From positions 347,136 to 411,135 of IMG/VR virus record IMGVR_UViG_3300037455_000543: 64,000 nt of DNA. The stretch is one strand, 5' to 3'. Under the pieces are notes generated by a model. The model was not told where the DNA came from. It was given only the letters and a program-made list of their open reading frames with translations, and ran no database searches. Position numbers and translations under genes: made by a program. Shown here in pieces: positions 1 to 8,562 of the stretch; position 1 is the stretch's first letter, and each line of letters begins with the position of its first letter. This stretch comes from a virus. Lineage: Duplodnaviria > Heunggongvirae > Uroviricota > Caudoviricetes.

Positions 1-52
1 CTTAACAGAAATTATCTTAACTGAATTCTGGATATTCTATAGACGGATATTT

Positions 53-253
53 TTAGATATTGATGGTAATGAAACCGGCTCTGGGACCGTCAGCATCTAC
101 GGGATCGATTGACTTGACATCGCGGCCTCTGAGATATGATGGACAGTCGGAAATAAAGCCGTCATAGACTATATCGTCCTTTGATAAATCGAAAATGATT
201 ATTTGTTGAGGACCGTTGAAAGCGGTTAATAGGGTATAAAGTGGGATATTCAT
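53..253 (-). CDS. hypothetical protein
   Basis: 66-aa ORF in a tightly packed minus-strand run. Confidence 0.6.
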   Translation of the reverse strand: MNIPLYTLLTAFNGPQQIIIFDLSKDDIVYDGFISDCPSYLRGRDVKSIDPVDADGPRAGFITINI

Positions 254-256
254 TAT

Positions 257-565
257 TTAGTCTCCTTGTTTTTCCCTGAGGTGTTTAAGGAATATGTAGT
301 CCAGGTGGTCTCTTACGTATTCCAGGATAGTTCTGAAAGAATCTGGATCTTCTACATGGGAATCGTCGTAATCTGATTCGGTACTGATAGCCATGGCGGT
401 TTTTTTATCTGGGAAATATCTGGCTACAAGTTTCTTGGTTCTTGCATGGAAGTATTGGAGATATGCTTGTGGCCATTCCTTTACGGCTGGGCATGGCTTA
501 AACGTGATATTACCGTATTCTTTAAATACGTCTATACAGATATCTTTAAATTCTTGTTCGGTCAT
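257..565 (-). CDS. hypothetical protein
   Basis: 102-aa ORF in the minus-strand run. Confidence 0.7.
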   Translation of the reverse strand: MTEQEFKDICIDVFKEYGNITFKPCPAVKEWPQAYLQYFHARTKKLVARYFPDKKTAMAISTESDYDDSHVEDPDSFRTILEYVRDHLDYIFLKHLREKQGD

Positions 566-689
566 TGGTATTATATGGAGGTTTGGAGGCGTCTCGTTTA
601 TTGACCAGTTGATCCAGTTCGTTCCTGGCTGTGGCTGGGAGTTCGTGGTATAGATTATCTAATTGTTTTAGTCTGTCTTTGAAGTTCAT
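546..689 (-). CDS. small hypothetical protein (MNFKDRLKQ...)
   Basis: Internal ATG at 689 directly follows the stop of the 691..1065 gene and fills the gap. Confidence 0.45.
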   Translation of the reverse strand: MNFKDRLKQLDNLYHELPATARNELDQLVNKRDASKPPYNTNDRTRI

Positions 690-690
690 A

Positions 691-1065
691 TTAGATTGTT
701 TCCCAGTTATGCATGAATTTGGAGAAAAGGTCATAACCGAACAGGCCACGTTCTATATTCATGAAGGCATTGACGGTCTGTTCAGGGGTATAGTCGTGGA
801 GTTGGAGGCCAAGTACGGGGCGTTCGTAGGTCTTATAGTTGGTATAGAGGACTACGCTACCACGTTCCTGGATATATAGAGTGCAGTCAAGTTGGAGGGG
901 ATGGTTGACGGTATCTTCGCTTGTTCCGGTATATTTGGCTACGGAAACGGAAGAACGGCCACTTAAATCGGAGATAACCTTAATGTCGTATCTGGCGATA
1001 TAAATGCAGGCTTCACCGGCGAACGTGAAATTTTCTTTCTTGACGATGGTTGTATCTTTGAGCAT
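691..1065 (-). CDS. hypothetical protein, probably leaderless
   Basis: ATG 6 nt after a minus-strand CTATATT -10 box. Confidence 0.7.
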   Translation of the reverse strand: MLKDTTIVKKENFTFAGEACIYIARYDIKVISDLSGRSSVSVAKYTGTSEDTVNHPLQLDCTLYIQERGSVVLYTNYKTYERPVLGLQLHDYTPEQTVNAFMNIERGLFGYDLFSKFMHNWETI

Positions 1066-1071
1066 GGTTAT

Positions 1072-1129
1072 AATATAGTAAAAAATACCCCTTATGTCAA
1101 TGTATGGGGGTATTAAAATAATATTCAGT
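1072..1129 (-). promoter_or_regulatory. early-type promoter (ACTG box, TTGACA in hairpin, CTATATT)
   Basis: Reverse complement shows ACTG at 1129, TTGACA at 1100-1095 and CTATATT at 1078-1072; flanking inverted repeat AATACCCC/GGGGTATT. Confidence 0.75.
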
Positions 1130-1136
1130 TATCTGT

Positions 1137-1595
1137 TTAAAGAAGTTTCAGTCGTTCTTCAATAGGGCCGTTACGGTCGAATCCGCTATTTTCAAGTAGT
1201 TTGGCTAAAGCTTTTCGTGCCTTTTCATCTTGCTCGTCTTTTCGATATGCGAGGCGCTTAAGCATTGTTTCGAAGCGGAGAAAACGCATCCACTTTTCTC
1301 TATTTTTTTCCGTGCATTCCGAATAAGATCCACCTTTAATATCAAAGATATTCTTAAAAATGGTTTCGATACGCTTTTCCACATATCGAGGCACTTCCAT
1401 TTGCAGTGCATACGAATAGCCCTTCATGAAACAGTCGATAGCCAGATCTTCGTCTTTCTTCTTTACGCCAGCTAGGCTGAGTAGGTCCTTGGCCTGGGTT
1501 TCGGCACTGTCAAAGATTTTTTCAGCTTCCTTATCGGTTTCAGCTACCGGGAATAGCCATTTAAGGTCGTTATGGGTTTTGGTAAAATGTCTCAT
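1137..1595 (-). CDS. hypothetical protein
   Basis: 152-aa ORF with an ATGA overlap with the upstream gene. Confidence 0.75.
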   Translation of the reverse strand: MRHFTKTHNDLKWLFPVAETDKEAEKIFDSAETQAKDLLSLAGVKKKDEDLAIDCFMKGYSYALQMEVPRYVEKRIETIFKNIFDIKGGSYSECTEKNREKWMRFLRFETMLKRLAYRKDEQDEKARKALAKLLENSGFDRNGPIEERLKLL

Positions 1596-1834
1596 AATTC
1601 GTAATGTCCTTTATGTAAAGATACAATATAATCAAAATCGTTCATGAAGAGTTTTTTGATAGCTCTTTTGATTTTGGATAGGTAGGATAGCTGGATCAGT
1701 TGATGAACGTAGCAATTATTATATTCGTCAAGCGGATTACCTATGACATGGGTCCAGACAACCCTGTTGAATATCAGGGGCCTATGGTCAAGGCACCATA
1801 GCTCGTATTCCTGTTCTTTTTTAAAATCCCACAT
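1592..1834 (-). CDS. hypothetical protein
   Basis: 80-aa ORF coupled to its neighbour. Confidence 0.6.
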   Translation of the reverse strand: MWDFKKEQEYELWCLDHRPLIFNRVVWTHVIGNPLDEYNNCYVHQLIQLSYLSKIKRAIKKLFMNDFDYIVSLHKGHYEL

Positions 1835-1847
1835 ATCTTAATTCTGA

Positions 1848-2120
1848 TTATTTTCCAAACATTTCCTGGTAGACGGTAGAATCGGCCTTAGAATCCTTAT
1901 GATAGAAGGCTATATTCTTCAGGTCAATAATGTTTACGCCATTATCACATTCGACGAAGAAGGCATAGGTAAGGATGAATGTCTGTACCTTTAATGTTCC
2001 TGTGCAGAGCTTACCCTGATGGCCTGCGACATAGACGTCACCATGTCCAACGGTATCTTCACTATTACAGCCAGTAAGGGTGGCAAGGGCGAAAGCCGTA
2101 GCGATAAAGAGTTTCTTCAT
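1848..2120 (-). CDS. putative lipoprotein
   Basis: Signal MKKLFIATAFALATLTG-C with lipobox; SD AAGGA. Confidence 0.75.
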   Translation of the reverse strand: MKKLFIATAFALATLTGCNSEDTVGHGDVYVAGHQGKLCTGTLKVQTFILTYAFFVECDNGVNIIDLKNIAFYHKDSKADSTVYQEMFGK

Positions 2121-2149
2121 GTTTTAATTTCCTTTTGGTTTACCCCTAA

Positions 2150-2287
2150 AATATACTAGTTTTTGACCCTTTTGTAAGTAAAAACACCCTGAAAGATTTT
2201 TATCAGTTTTCTATAGGGGGTAGGGGTTGACTGTAAGATAATATCGTCGGGGTAGATATTTAATATGTCCGTGGGAAAAGCTATATT
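2150..2287. promoter_or_regulatory. divergent promoter pair at the strand switch
   Basis: Minus strand: GTATATT at 2156 with ACTG at 2207. Plus strand: ACTG at 2230 with CTATATT at 2281. Confidence 0.7.
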
Positions 2288-2313
2288 AGGGGTATAAACG
2301 AGAGGAAATCAAT

Positions 2314-2823
2314 ATGGATTACAAGCCATTCAAACCTGGAATCAAATATGACGTTATTCTTGATACGAAGCAAGAATATAATAACGTTGAAATCGTTAAC
2401 CCTATTCCCGGGTTCGTCGGGCTTATTTCTACATGGAATAACGGAACAAAAAGTATCAATTGGGTAAATACCAGCCACATTGTCGAGATGTGTGAAAAGC
2501 GTCATCCTATGTATTACTGGGAAATCGAAGACAACAAGTATTGTTTAAGAAAGGACGTGTTCAGTCCGACGGAAGTTGATCTGAACTGGGAATTTGTTCT
2601 TTATTCGGACCGTGAAGAATGTATTAAGGCCATGATTAAGGAACTTGTCAAGCAAGATTCGACAAAGTTCGAAGTCGTCGACGAAGACAATAATCCTATT
2701 TGCCTGTGGCTCACGGACGAAAAAAGATGGTGTGGTTCGCATGGCAAGCTCATGCAGCGTTATATCAATCTTAGTAAGGGTGCTAAAAGTAAGAGCAAAG
2801 GAAAGGGTAAGAAGCAGGGGTAA
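2314..2823 (+). CDS. hypothetical protein (paralog of 3039..3578)
   Basis: SD GAGAGG; shares YDxxL, W and (L/F)YxxxxExxKA patterns with the 3039 protein. Confidence 0.75.
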   Translation: MDYKPFKPGIKYDVILDTKQEYNNVEIVNPIPGFVGLISTWNNGTKSINWVNTSHIVEMCEKRHPMYYWEIEDNKYCLRKDVFSPTEVDLNWEFVLYSDREECIKAMIKELVKQDSTKFEVVDEDNNPICLWLTDEKRWCGSHGKLMQRYINLSKGAKSKSKGKGKKQG

Positions 2824-2829
2824 GCTTAT

Positions 2830-2997
2830 ATGATTATGTGGATTTTTCTGGTAGTCGTGTTGGGGTTGGTTGCTAAAGCTTATGTAGTCCCTATGGTTAT
2901 GAAACGAGTGGCATGGTATATGTTTAAGCGCAAGATGAAACGTCACGGTCGACTGAATCGAGGAATTAGTCTTTTCGATAGTGACAATTTCTTATAA
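2830..2997 (+). CDS. small membrane protein
   Basis: 55-aa ORF below the track cutoff: MIMWIFLVVVLGLVAKAYVV... Confidence 0.5.
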   Translation: MIMWIFLVVVLGLVAKAYVVPMVMKRVAWYMFKRKMKRHGRLNRGISLFDSDNFL

Positions 2998-3009
2998 AAA
3001 TTCTATATT
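2952..3009 (+). promoter_or_regulatory. promoter with ACTG box
   Basis: ACTG at 2952, CTATATT at 3003. Confidence 0.65.
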
Positions 3010-3038
3010 GTTAAGGTAAAAGATAAGGAGCTTAAACT

Positions 3039-3578
3039 ATGTCAGAAAAGACTGAATATGATGAACTGTTGAAAATCGGGCTTTATTATGATATCAGGCT
3101 CAAGAACGATTCTGAATTTCATGACTGCCAGCTTTTGGTCAAGGACCTTGATTGTCGCATGATTAAGATACGACATTATTTGGACGTGGCTGATGGCAAG
3201 CTTAGGATTTTCAGAGAAGAAATGATTAACATGGATCAAATCTTCAAAGTTACATTCCCTAAGAAGTCACGTTTTTTCTGGACTTGTAGTGAAGAACCTG
3301 CTATTAGTTCTGCGCTTTTGGATGATATTCGATTAACAGACGAAGATGTTCGCTACAATAAAGATATCAAATTTTATGATTCTATAGATGAAGCAGTCAA
3401 AGCCATCGTTATTGAAAAGATTGCCAAGAGTGAAAATCCCAAGAATTGGACACTAAAATTTTACGGTTCTAATTGCTGTATTGCCAAGCATACTGGTCAT
3501 TCGTTAAAAGATGGCGGATGGGAAGGCACTCGCAGTCATATAGTCTATGAAACATTGAGCGAACTGAATAAGGAATAA
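3039..3578 (+). CDS. hypothetical protein (paralog of 2314..2823)
   Basis: SD AAGGAG; 179 aa. Confidence 0.75.
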   Translation: MSEKTEYDELLKIGLYYDIRLKNDSEFHDCQLLVKDLDCRMIKIRHYLDVADGKLRIFREEMINMDQIFKVTFPKKSRFFWTCSEEPAISSALLDDIRLTDEDVRYNKDIKFYDSIDEAVKAIVIEKIAKSENPKNWTLKFYGSNCCIAKHTGHSLKDGGWEGTRSHIVYETLSELNKE

Positions 3579-3620
3579 GTCATATAGGCTGTTTACTGTT
3601 TTGACAGGAATTGCTATATT
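3563..3620 (+). promoter_or_regulatory. promoter with ACTG box
   Basis: ACTG at 3563 (inside the upstream CDS), TTTACT -35, CTATATT at 3614. Confidence 0.7.
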
Positions 3621-3647
3621 ATAGGTATCAACGAGAGGAAATAATCC

Positions 3648-4841
3648 ATGGCTAAGAAGCAAGTCAAGCAATTAAGCAAGTCATTTATTGACCTTATCAA
3701 GGCCGGTTTGGCAAAAACTAAAAACCATTCTGTCCATGTTGGTAATACAAAGCAAAAAACCAAGATCAAGGATATTGGCGAGCTTGATGAAGATGAAGAT
3801 GAAGAAATTGACTTGTGTAATCTTATAGGCAAGGATCATACTTCTTTCTATATCAAAAATGTAGAATTTGATGCTGATAGAGATATTACGATTCTTGGTT
3901 ATTACGGCCATAATGTTACGTTCGAAAACTGTGTATTTAAAGATGTAATTACAGTATTTGCGGGGAGCGTCACATTTAAGAATTGTAAGTTCTATGCTAC
4001 GGCAAATACGAATTCAGTTAACGGTATTTGTTTACCTGGCAAGGTTTTTTTCGAAAAGTGTAATCATTTTTCTAATGGAGTGCGGATTAATGATGTAGAT
4101 GAAGTCTATATCAATAATTGTAAGGGAATTTCTTTTTTGACATTGCAAGCGGTTCATTATTCTGTTTATATCGATGGACTACAAGGTTGTAGCTGTTCTC
4201 TTATAGATAGTAGCCTTAAGCATGTAGACATCGATAATGCAAAATGTGATAAGCTTATATTGAATAGATGTTACATAGAACATTTGACAATTATCAGGTC
4301 AAGATTGTCAGAAGTGTCCATCTATAATTTGTTAGATGGAGAAAACTTTAACTTGTCGGATTCTACGATTGGAGAATTTTATACTAATCATGCTGCGGTA
4401 TTCGGTGGATTTCATTCGCACAATACTACTGTTGGAAACTATAATCTTAATTATACTACTGGCATTAAACCGCCTAGTAACGATATTATTCTCTATAAGA
4501 AGTGTGAAGGCCGTCCAGATAAAAATGACTCATCGGAAGACCATGATAGCGATTGTGGTATCGTAATTGTTAAGCTTTCCGTTCCGGCAAAGGCTAAGAG
4601 AGTTTATTGCGGTGATTTAAAAATTCGTGTATCTGAAGCTACAGTAGTTGATTTTTATTGCCCAGATGGTAGCAAATACGAGCTTAAAGATGGCTGGTGC
4701 GTAAGTTCTAACTGGGACAAGAAATTCAAATACCAGATTGGCGTCGCAGTAAAACCGACGGAAAAGTTCAATCCTACTTCTGGCCAGTGTGGTAGTGGCA
4801 TTCATGGTTTTATCGAATTTAATGATGCTGTAAACTACTAA
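3648..4841 (+). CDS. beta-solenoid repeat protein with DUF5758-like C-terminal domain
   Basis: Central FxNCxF/IxNC repeats; C-terminal IVKLSVPAKAKR...KIRVSEATVV...CGSGIHGF. Confidence 0.65.
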   Translation: MAKKQVKQLSKSFIDLIKAGLAKTKNHSVHVGNTKQKTKIKDIGELDEDEDEEIDLCNLIGKDHTSFYIKNVEFDADRDITILGYYGHNVTFENCVFKDVITVFAGSVTFKNCKFYATANTNSVNGICLPGKVFFEKCNHFSNGVRINDVDEVYINNCKGISFLTLQAVHYSVYIDGLQGCSCSLIDSSLKHVDIDNAKCDKLILNRCYIEHLTIIRSRLSEVSIYNLLDGENFNLSDSTIGEFYTNHAAVFGGFHSHNTTVGNYNLNYTTGIKPPSNDIILYKKCEGRPDKNDSSEDHDSDCGIVIVKLSVPAKAKRVYCGDLKIRVSEATVVDFYCPDGSKYELKDGWCVSSNWDKKFKYQIGVAVKPTEKFNPTSGQCGSGIHGFIEFNDAVNY

Positions 4842-4858
4842 CAGAACAGACGCCTTAT

Positions 4859-4896
4859 TAACATTTTGTTAACAATCTATTAACATTATGTTAACA
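4859..4896 (+). repeat. four TAACA direct repeats at 11-bp period
   Basis: TAACA at 4859, 4870, 4881 and 4892. Confidence 0.85.
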
Positions 4897-4902
4897 AGGA
4901 TG

Positions 4903-4960
4903 ACTGGAATATAATTTCTCCTCGTTGAGCGATTACGAAAGTAGTCGCTTTTTCTATATT
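4903..4960 (+). promoter_or_regulatory. promoter/terminator stem-loop with ACTG box
   Basis: ACTG at 4903; hairpin AGCGATTAC-GAAA-GTAGTCGCT plus T-tract; CTATATT at 4954. Confidence 0.75.
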
Positions 4961-4979
4961 ATAAGCATAAACGAGGTGT

Positions 4980-5696
4980 ATGATGATTCACAAGACAGCA
5001 AATCCTGAAATTAACGAACGTCATGTTATTACTGCGAAGTCTAACGGTATTCAGTTTTATATTGGACAGGAAGACCGCAAGGAACTTTGGCCACTTTGGG
5101 TCAAAATGCATCCTAATGGCGTTCTGGCTATTTTAGCAAGACATTATGGTGTTTGCAAATATAATAACAAAGTTGTTTATGATTTCAGAAAGGAAACGCT
5201 TGAGAATCTTCCAGATAAGTGGTTTGATATCACTCCGAATAATCTGTTTTATTCCGAAATTCGTAAAGTCTACGAAATTAATCAGCAACGCAAGTTGAAG
5301 CATAAGCAGAAGTCTGAAGAAATTGAATTCAAGCATGCATTGAAAGCCATCGATAATGATTTTACTAAGAAAGAATTTCTTACCATTTTGTTAGAAAAGT
5401 TTAACATAATGCTTTTCTTCTATGAAGATCAAGAAGTAGTCAAGGTTTATAAAGCTCGTCAGGATTTAGGTTATTGTATAAAGGTAAATTCAAACGGCGA
5501 ACCGTATTATGGAAAGAAATATGGTAAAGATACTCATAGTATCAGAGTAAGCTTCTTTTTCGGAAAGAAGAAAATCGCTGGTGCTTATACATGGGAAACT
5601 ATGCGTGATATCGTTAATATGAAGCGAATGAAAGATATTACTGTGGACGAACTGAAAGAAATTATTGGAACAGAAAAGGTTAAAGAAGCGGTATAA
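4980..5696 (+). CDS. hypothetical protein
   Basis: SD GAGGTG; 238 aa. Confidence 0.75.
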   Translation: MMIHKTANPEINERHVITAKSNGIQFYIGQEDRKELWPLWVKMHPNGVLAILARHYGVCKYNNKVVYDFRKETLENLPDKWFDITPNNLFYSEIRKVYEINQQRKLKHKQKSEEIEFKHALKAIDNDFTKKEFLTILLEKFNIMLFFYEDQEVVKVYKARQDLGYCIKVNSNGEPYYGKKYGKDTHSIRVSFFFGKKKIAGAYTWETMRDIVNMKRMKDITVDELKEIIGTEKVKEAV

Positions 5697-5732
5697 TTTT
5701 CTATATTATAGGTATCAACAAGAGGAAATAAT

Positions 5733-6053
5733 ATGACAGAATTTGAATTCACTCAGCGAATCAGAAACGCAGTTCCGCAGGCCAAGGATATCCAGCGTGC
5801 CATGAAGATTAAGGGAATGTCTGGCTACAACAACAAGCTTGTCGCGGCTAACAAGCAAATTAAGTTGATTACCGACCACGAAAAGTTTTTCCGCCGTGTC
5901 CATGCGTTCGTCTATAATGGTCTTGACGTTGATTTGAGCGGTAGTCCGATTTACTGGCAAATGAATACGGTCTATGCGAAGAACTTCATCGCCATGGAAC
6001 GGAGAGCTGCGAAAGAAGAGGAAGACTTCAAGAATCTTTTGGACAGTATTTAA
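5733..6053 (+). CDS. hypothetical protein
   Basis: Own promoter (CTATATT at 5701); SD GAGG. Confidence 0.75.
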   Translation: MTEFEFTQRIRNAVPQAKDIQRAMKIKGMSGYNNKLVAANKQIKLITDHEKFFRRVHAFVYNGLDVDLSGSPIYWQMNTVYAKNFIAMERRAAKEEEDFKNLLDSI

Positions 6054-6110
6054 TTTACGGGAACTCCGAAAATAACTAAATTTAACACATAACAACAAGA
6101 GGTAATAAAC

Positions 6111-6845
6111 ATGGCAATTGAACCTATCACTCTCGAACAGTCCCAAGACTTTAACGCCTGGCTTCAGGCACATGGCATGATGAAGGCCGGTGCTCGTAAG
6201 CGCATCCGCGTTTACCGTCGGACTCTCAACTCCGCTAACAAGGCACGTCATTCTCGTGACTTCGTGTATGTCGTCTCTGCAGACGATTATCGCAATAACC
6301 TGGAAGATGTTCACAGCAAGCTCATCGAATTGAGCACTAAGGTCATGGACCCGGAACAGGTCGTCAAGTCAAAGGAATATCTTGACAAGATGTATGCAGT
6401 CGAACGTGACTTGCTCATGAACCATCAGATTCAGATGAACTGGTATAACGGCAAGAGTGCTAACTTCAAGTTCATTCGCCACGTGATTACCGATCCAGAA
6501 ATTCTGGATGAACTGAACGAATGTATCAGGCATCACAAGAATTTCGACGAAAACAATCCGTATCTTGAAAGGTTCCGTTGTGGCGCACTCATTGCAGAAT
6601 TCGGTGTCTGTCCCGAATATGACTGGAAGGAATTCAATATCATCGTCGAAAAGGGCAAGGTTATTTGCGCCTATTCCTTCAAGGACCTGGTTCCGATTAG
6701 CAAGGAAACGTTCAAGGTCGGTTTCTTTGACAAGTTCGGATATAATATGAATATCTGTTCTGAAGAAACTATCAAGGACGTTATTGAAAAGGTGGCTGAA
6801 CAGAAGGAAATTGATATTCAGCTTGCCCAGGCCGAAGCAACCTAA
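6111..6845 (+). CDS. hypothetical protein, likely highly expressed
   Basis: SD GAGGT; codon usage biased to C-ending and AAG codons. Confidence 0.8.
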   Translation: MAIEPITLEQSQDFNAWLQAHGMMKAGARKRIRVYRRTLNSANKARHSRDFVYVVSADDYRNNLEDVHSKLIELSTKVMDPEQVVKSKEYLDKMYAVERDLLMNHQIQMNWYNGKSANFKFIRHVITDPEILDELNECIRHHKNFDENNPYLERFRCGALIAEFGVCPEYDWKEFNIIVEKGKVICAYSFKDLVPISKETFKVGFFDKFGYNMNICSEETIKDVIEKVAEQKEIDIQLAQAEAT

Positions 6846-6870
6846 GAGATTATTTCCATCTCGTTATGGT

Positions 6871-6912
6871 CGACTGCGTGTTTTACGTGGTCGACTGTTT
6901 TATTTTTATTTT
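6871..6912 (+). terminator. rho-independent terminator
   Basis: CGACTGCGT-loop-ACGTGGTCG hairpin followed by a T-rich tract. Confidence 0.55.
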
Positions 6913-6973
6913 TGACCCTGTTATTTAAAGCAGTCCATGATATTACTATATTATAGGTATCAAAGAGGTTATA

Positions 6974-8476
6974 ATGGTTAAACAATCCGTAACTGAAAAA
7001 TTCGCAGACGCTCAAAAGATTATTCAGTCTATCTATCCTTCGCTCATGAGCTTTTATGCCATGTGTGAAAGACGTGAGAAGCCTGGTATTACTATGCGTC
7101 TTGATACCAGGACTGGCCGTTGCCCGGTTATCGAATATAACTCGAAGTTTATCGACGCCATTAGCAAAGAAGTTCTTGGCGCACTTACGTCTGTTGAATT
7201 GATCAGACTTTTGTTGCATCATCCGACGACGAGACTTCTTTTGCCCGTAGAACTTTGCTATCAGGCTAGTAATATCATTTGTACGAGAAAGGAAATCTTG
7301 AACTGGAATATCGCACCGTATATCCAGGATTATTTCCCTACGTCCGACGATATTGAAAAAGAACCTGGTTTTAATGTTGCTGAAGACATGTATCTTGAAA
7401 AAGTGTTCAGTATCTTGTTGAACCGAATGAATCAAGAATCTAAGAAGAATCAACAGCAACAGCAACAACAGCAGAGTAAGAGTAATAAAGGTCAAGGCCA
7501 AGAACAACAGCAAAATTCTGGTAAGAGTAAGAAAGACGAACAGCAAAGCCAGCAAAGTCAAGAAGAAGATGGTAGCGGCGAAGACCAGAATTCTGAAAAG
7601 AAAAAGCAGCAGAAAAATAAAAAGCAAGGCCAAGGTAAGGGCGGTAATGATAAAGAAGACGACGCCCAGAATGATAACGAAAATGGTCAGAATGGTTCTG
7701 AAAACAAAAATTCAGACCGCAAATCTTCCAAAGATGACATGGATAACTATGACTCGATGGAAGACGCTCTCGAAAAGCATTTCAGCTCGAAGAACATGAA
7801 GCGTTGTACGGAAAGCTGGGGTGAAAACAGCATCATTGACCAGAAAGTTATCAACCAGCTTGCCAGGGAAAGATCTAACACAAGAAGCTGGGGCACAATG
7901 CCGGCTGACTTGAAGCAAATGATTGATAACGCAAACCGTATCAAGATGGACCCGAGAGCCGTTATCAAAAGATTTGCAAGATCCGTATTTTCTACTATTC
8001 CGTTGTTTACAAGAAGAAAGCCAAGCAAGAAAGATCCTAACCAAGAATGGATTGGCTACATGCAAGGTAAGACCTATCAGCAAAAAGCAAGAGTTTTGTT
8101 TGCGATTGATAGCTCTGGCTCTATGCTTGAAGAACAGCTCGTCAAGGCCGTTGCATTTGTCATGTCCGCTATCAAGCATGCAGAAGTTTACTTCTGTTGG
8201 TGGGATGCTAAATGCACGCCGTTTACTCGACTCAAAACAGTAAAGCCGTCTGTTGAATGCACTGGTGGCGGTGGAACTAATCCGCAATGTGTGCTTGATT
8301 ATTCTCATGAACAAAAGATTAAGTTCGATGGCATTGTGTTTATTACCGACTGTATTTTTAATTGGAAAAAACCGGAAACCAAAGAAAATATCTTTATCAT
8401 GAAGACCGACAATGCAGCTGAAGCACCGGATTGGTGCAAATGGGTCTTGTCGTTCAAGGACATTGAACATCGGTAA
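6974..8476 (+). CDS. DUF2201-type vWA protein with degenerate metallopeptidase-like N-terminus and Q/K/N-rich linker
   Basis: MIDAS motif AIDSSGSM, GGGGTNP, FITD; adjacent to a MoxR-like ATPase. Confidence 0.85.
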   Translation: MVKQSVTEKFADAQKIIQSIYPSLMSFYAMCERREKPGITMRLDTRTGRCPVIEYNSKFIDAISKEVLGALTSVELIRLLLHHPTTRLLLPVELCYQASNIICTRKEILNWNIAPYIQDYFPTSDDIEKEPGFNVAEDMYLEKVFSILLNRMNQESKKNQQQQQQQQSKSNKGQGQEQQQNSGKSKKDEQQSQQSQEEDGSGEDQNSEKKKQQKNKKQGQGKGGNDKEDDAQNDNENGQNGSENKNSDRKSSKDDMDNYDSMEDALEKHFSSKNMKRCTESWGENSIIDQKVINQLARERSNTRSWGTMPADLKQMIDNANRIKMDPRAVIKRFARSVFSTIPLFTRRKPSKKDPNQEWIGYMQGKTYQQKARVLFAIDSSGSMLEEQLVKAVAFVMSAIKHAEVYFCWWDAKCTPFTRLKTVKPSVECTGGGGTNPQCVLDYSHEQKIKFDGIVFITDCIFNWKKPETKENIFIMKTDNAAEAPDWCKWVLSFKDIEHR

Positions 8477-8534
8477 ACTGGAAAGAAATTCGATATAGTA
8501 AATTGTTTAAACAGGTAGTGCAATTTACTATATT
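8477..8534 (+). promoter_or_regulatory. promoter within a 13-bp inverted repeat
   Basis: ACTG at 8477; ATATAGTAAATTG...CAATTTACTATAT; CTATATT at 8528. Confidence 0.7.
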
Positions 8535-8562
8535 ATAATCATCAACGAGAGGATTTAATAAT

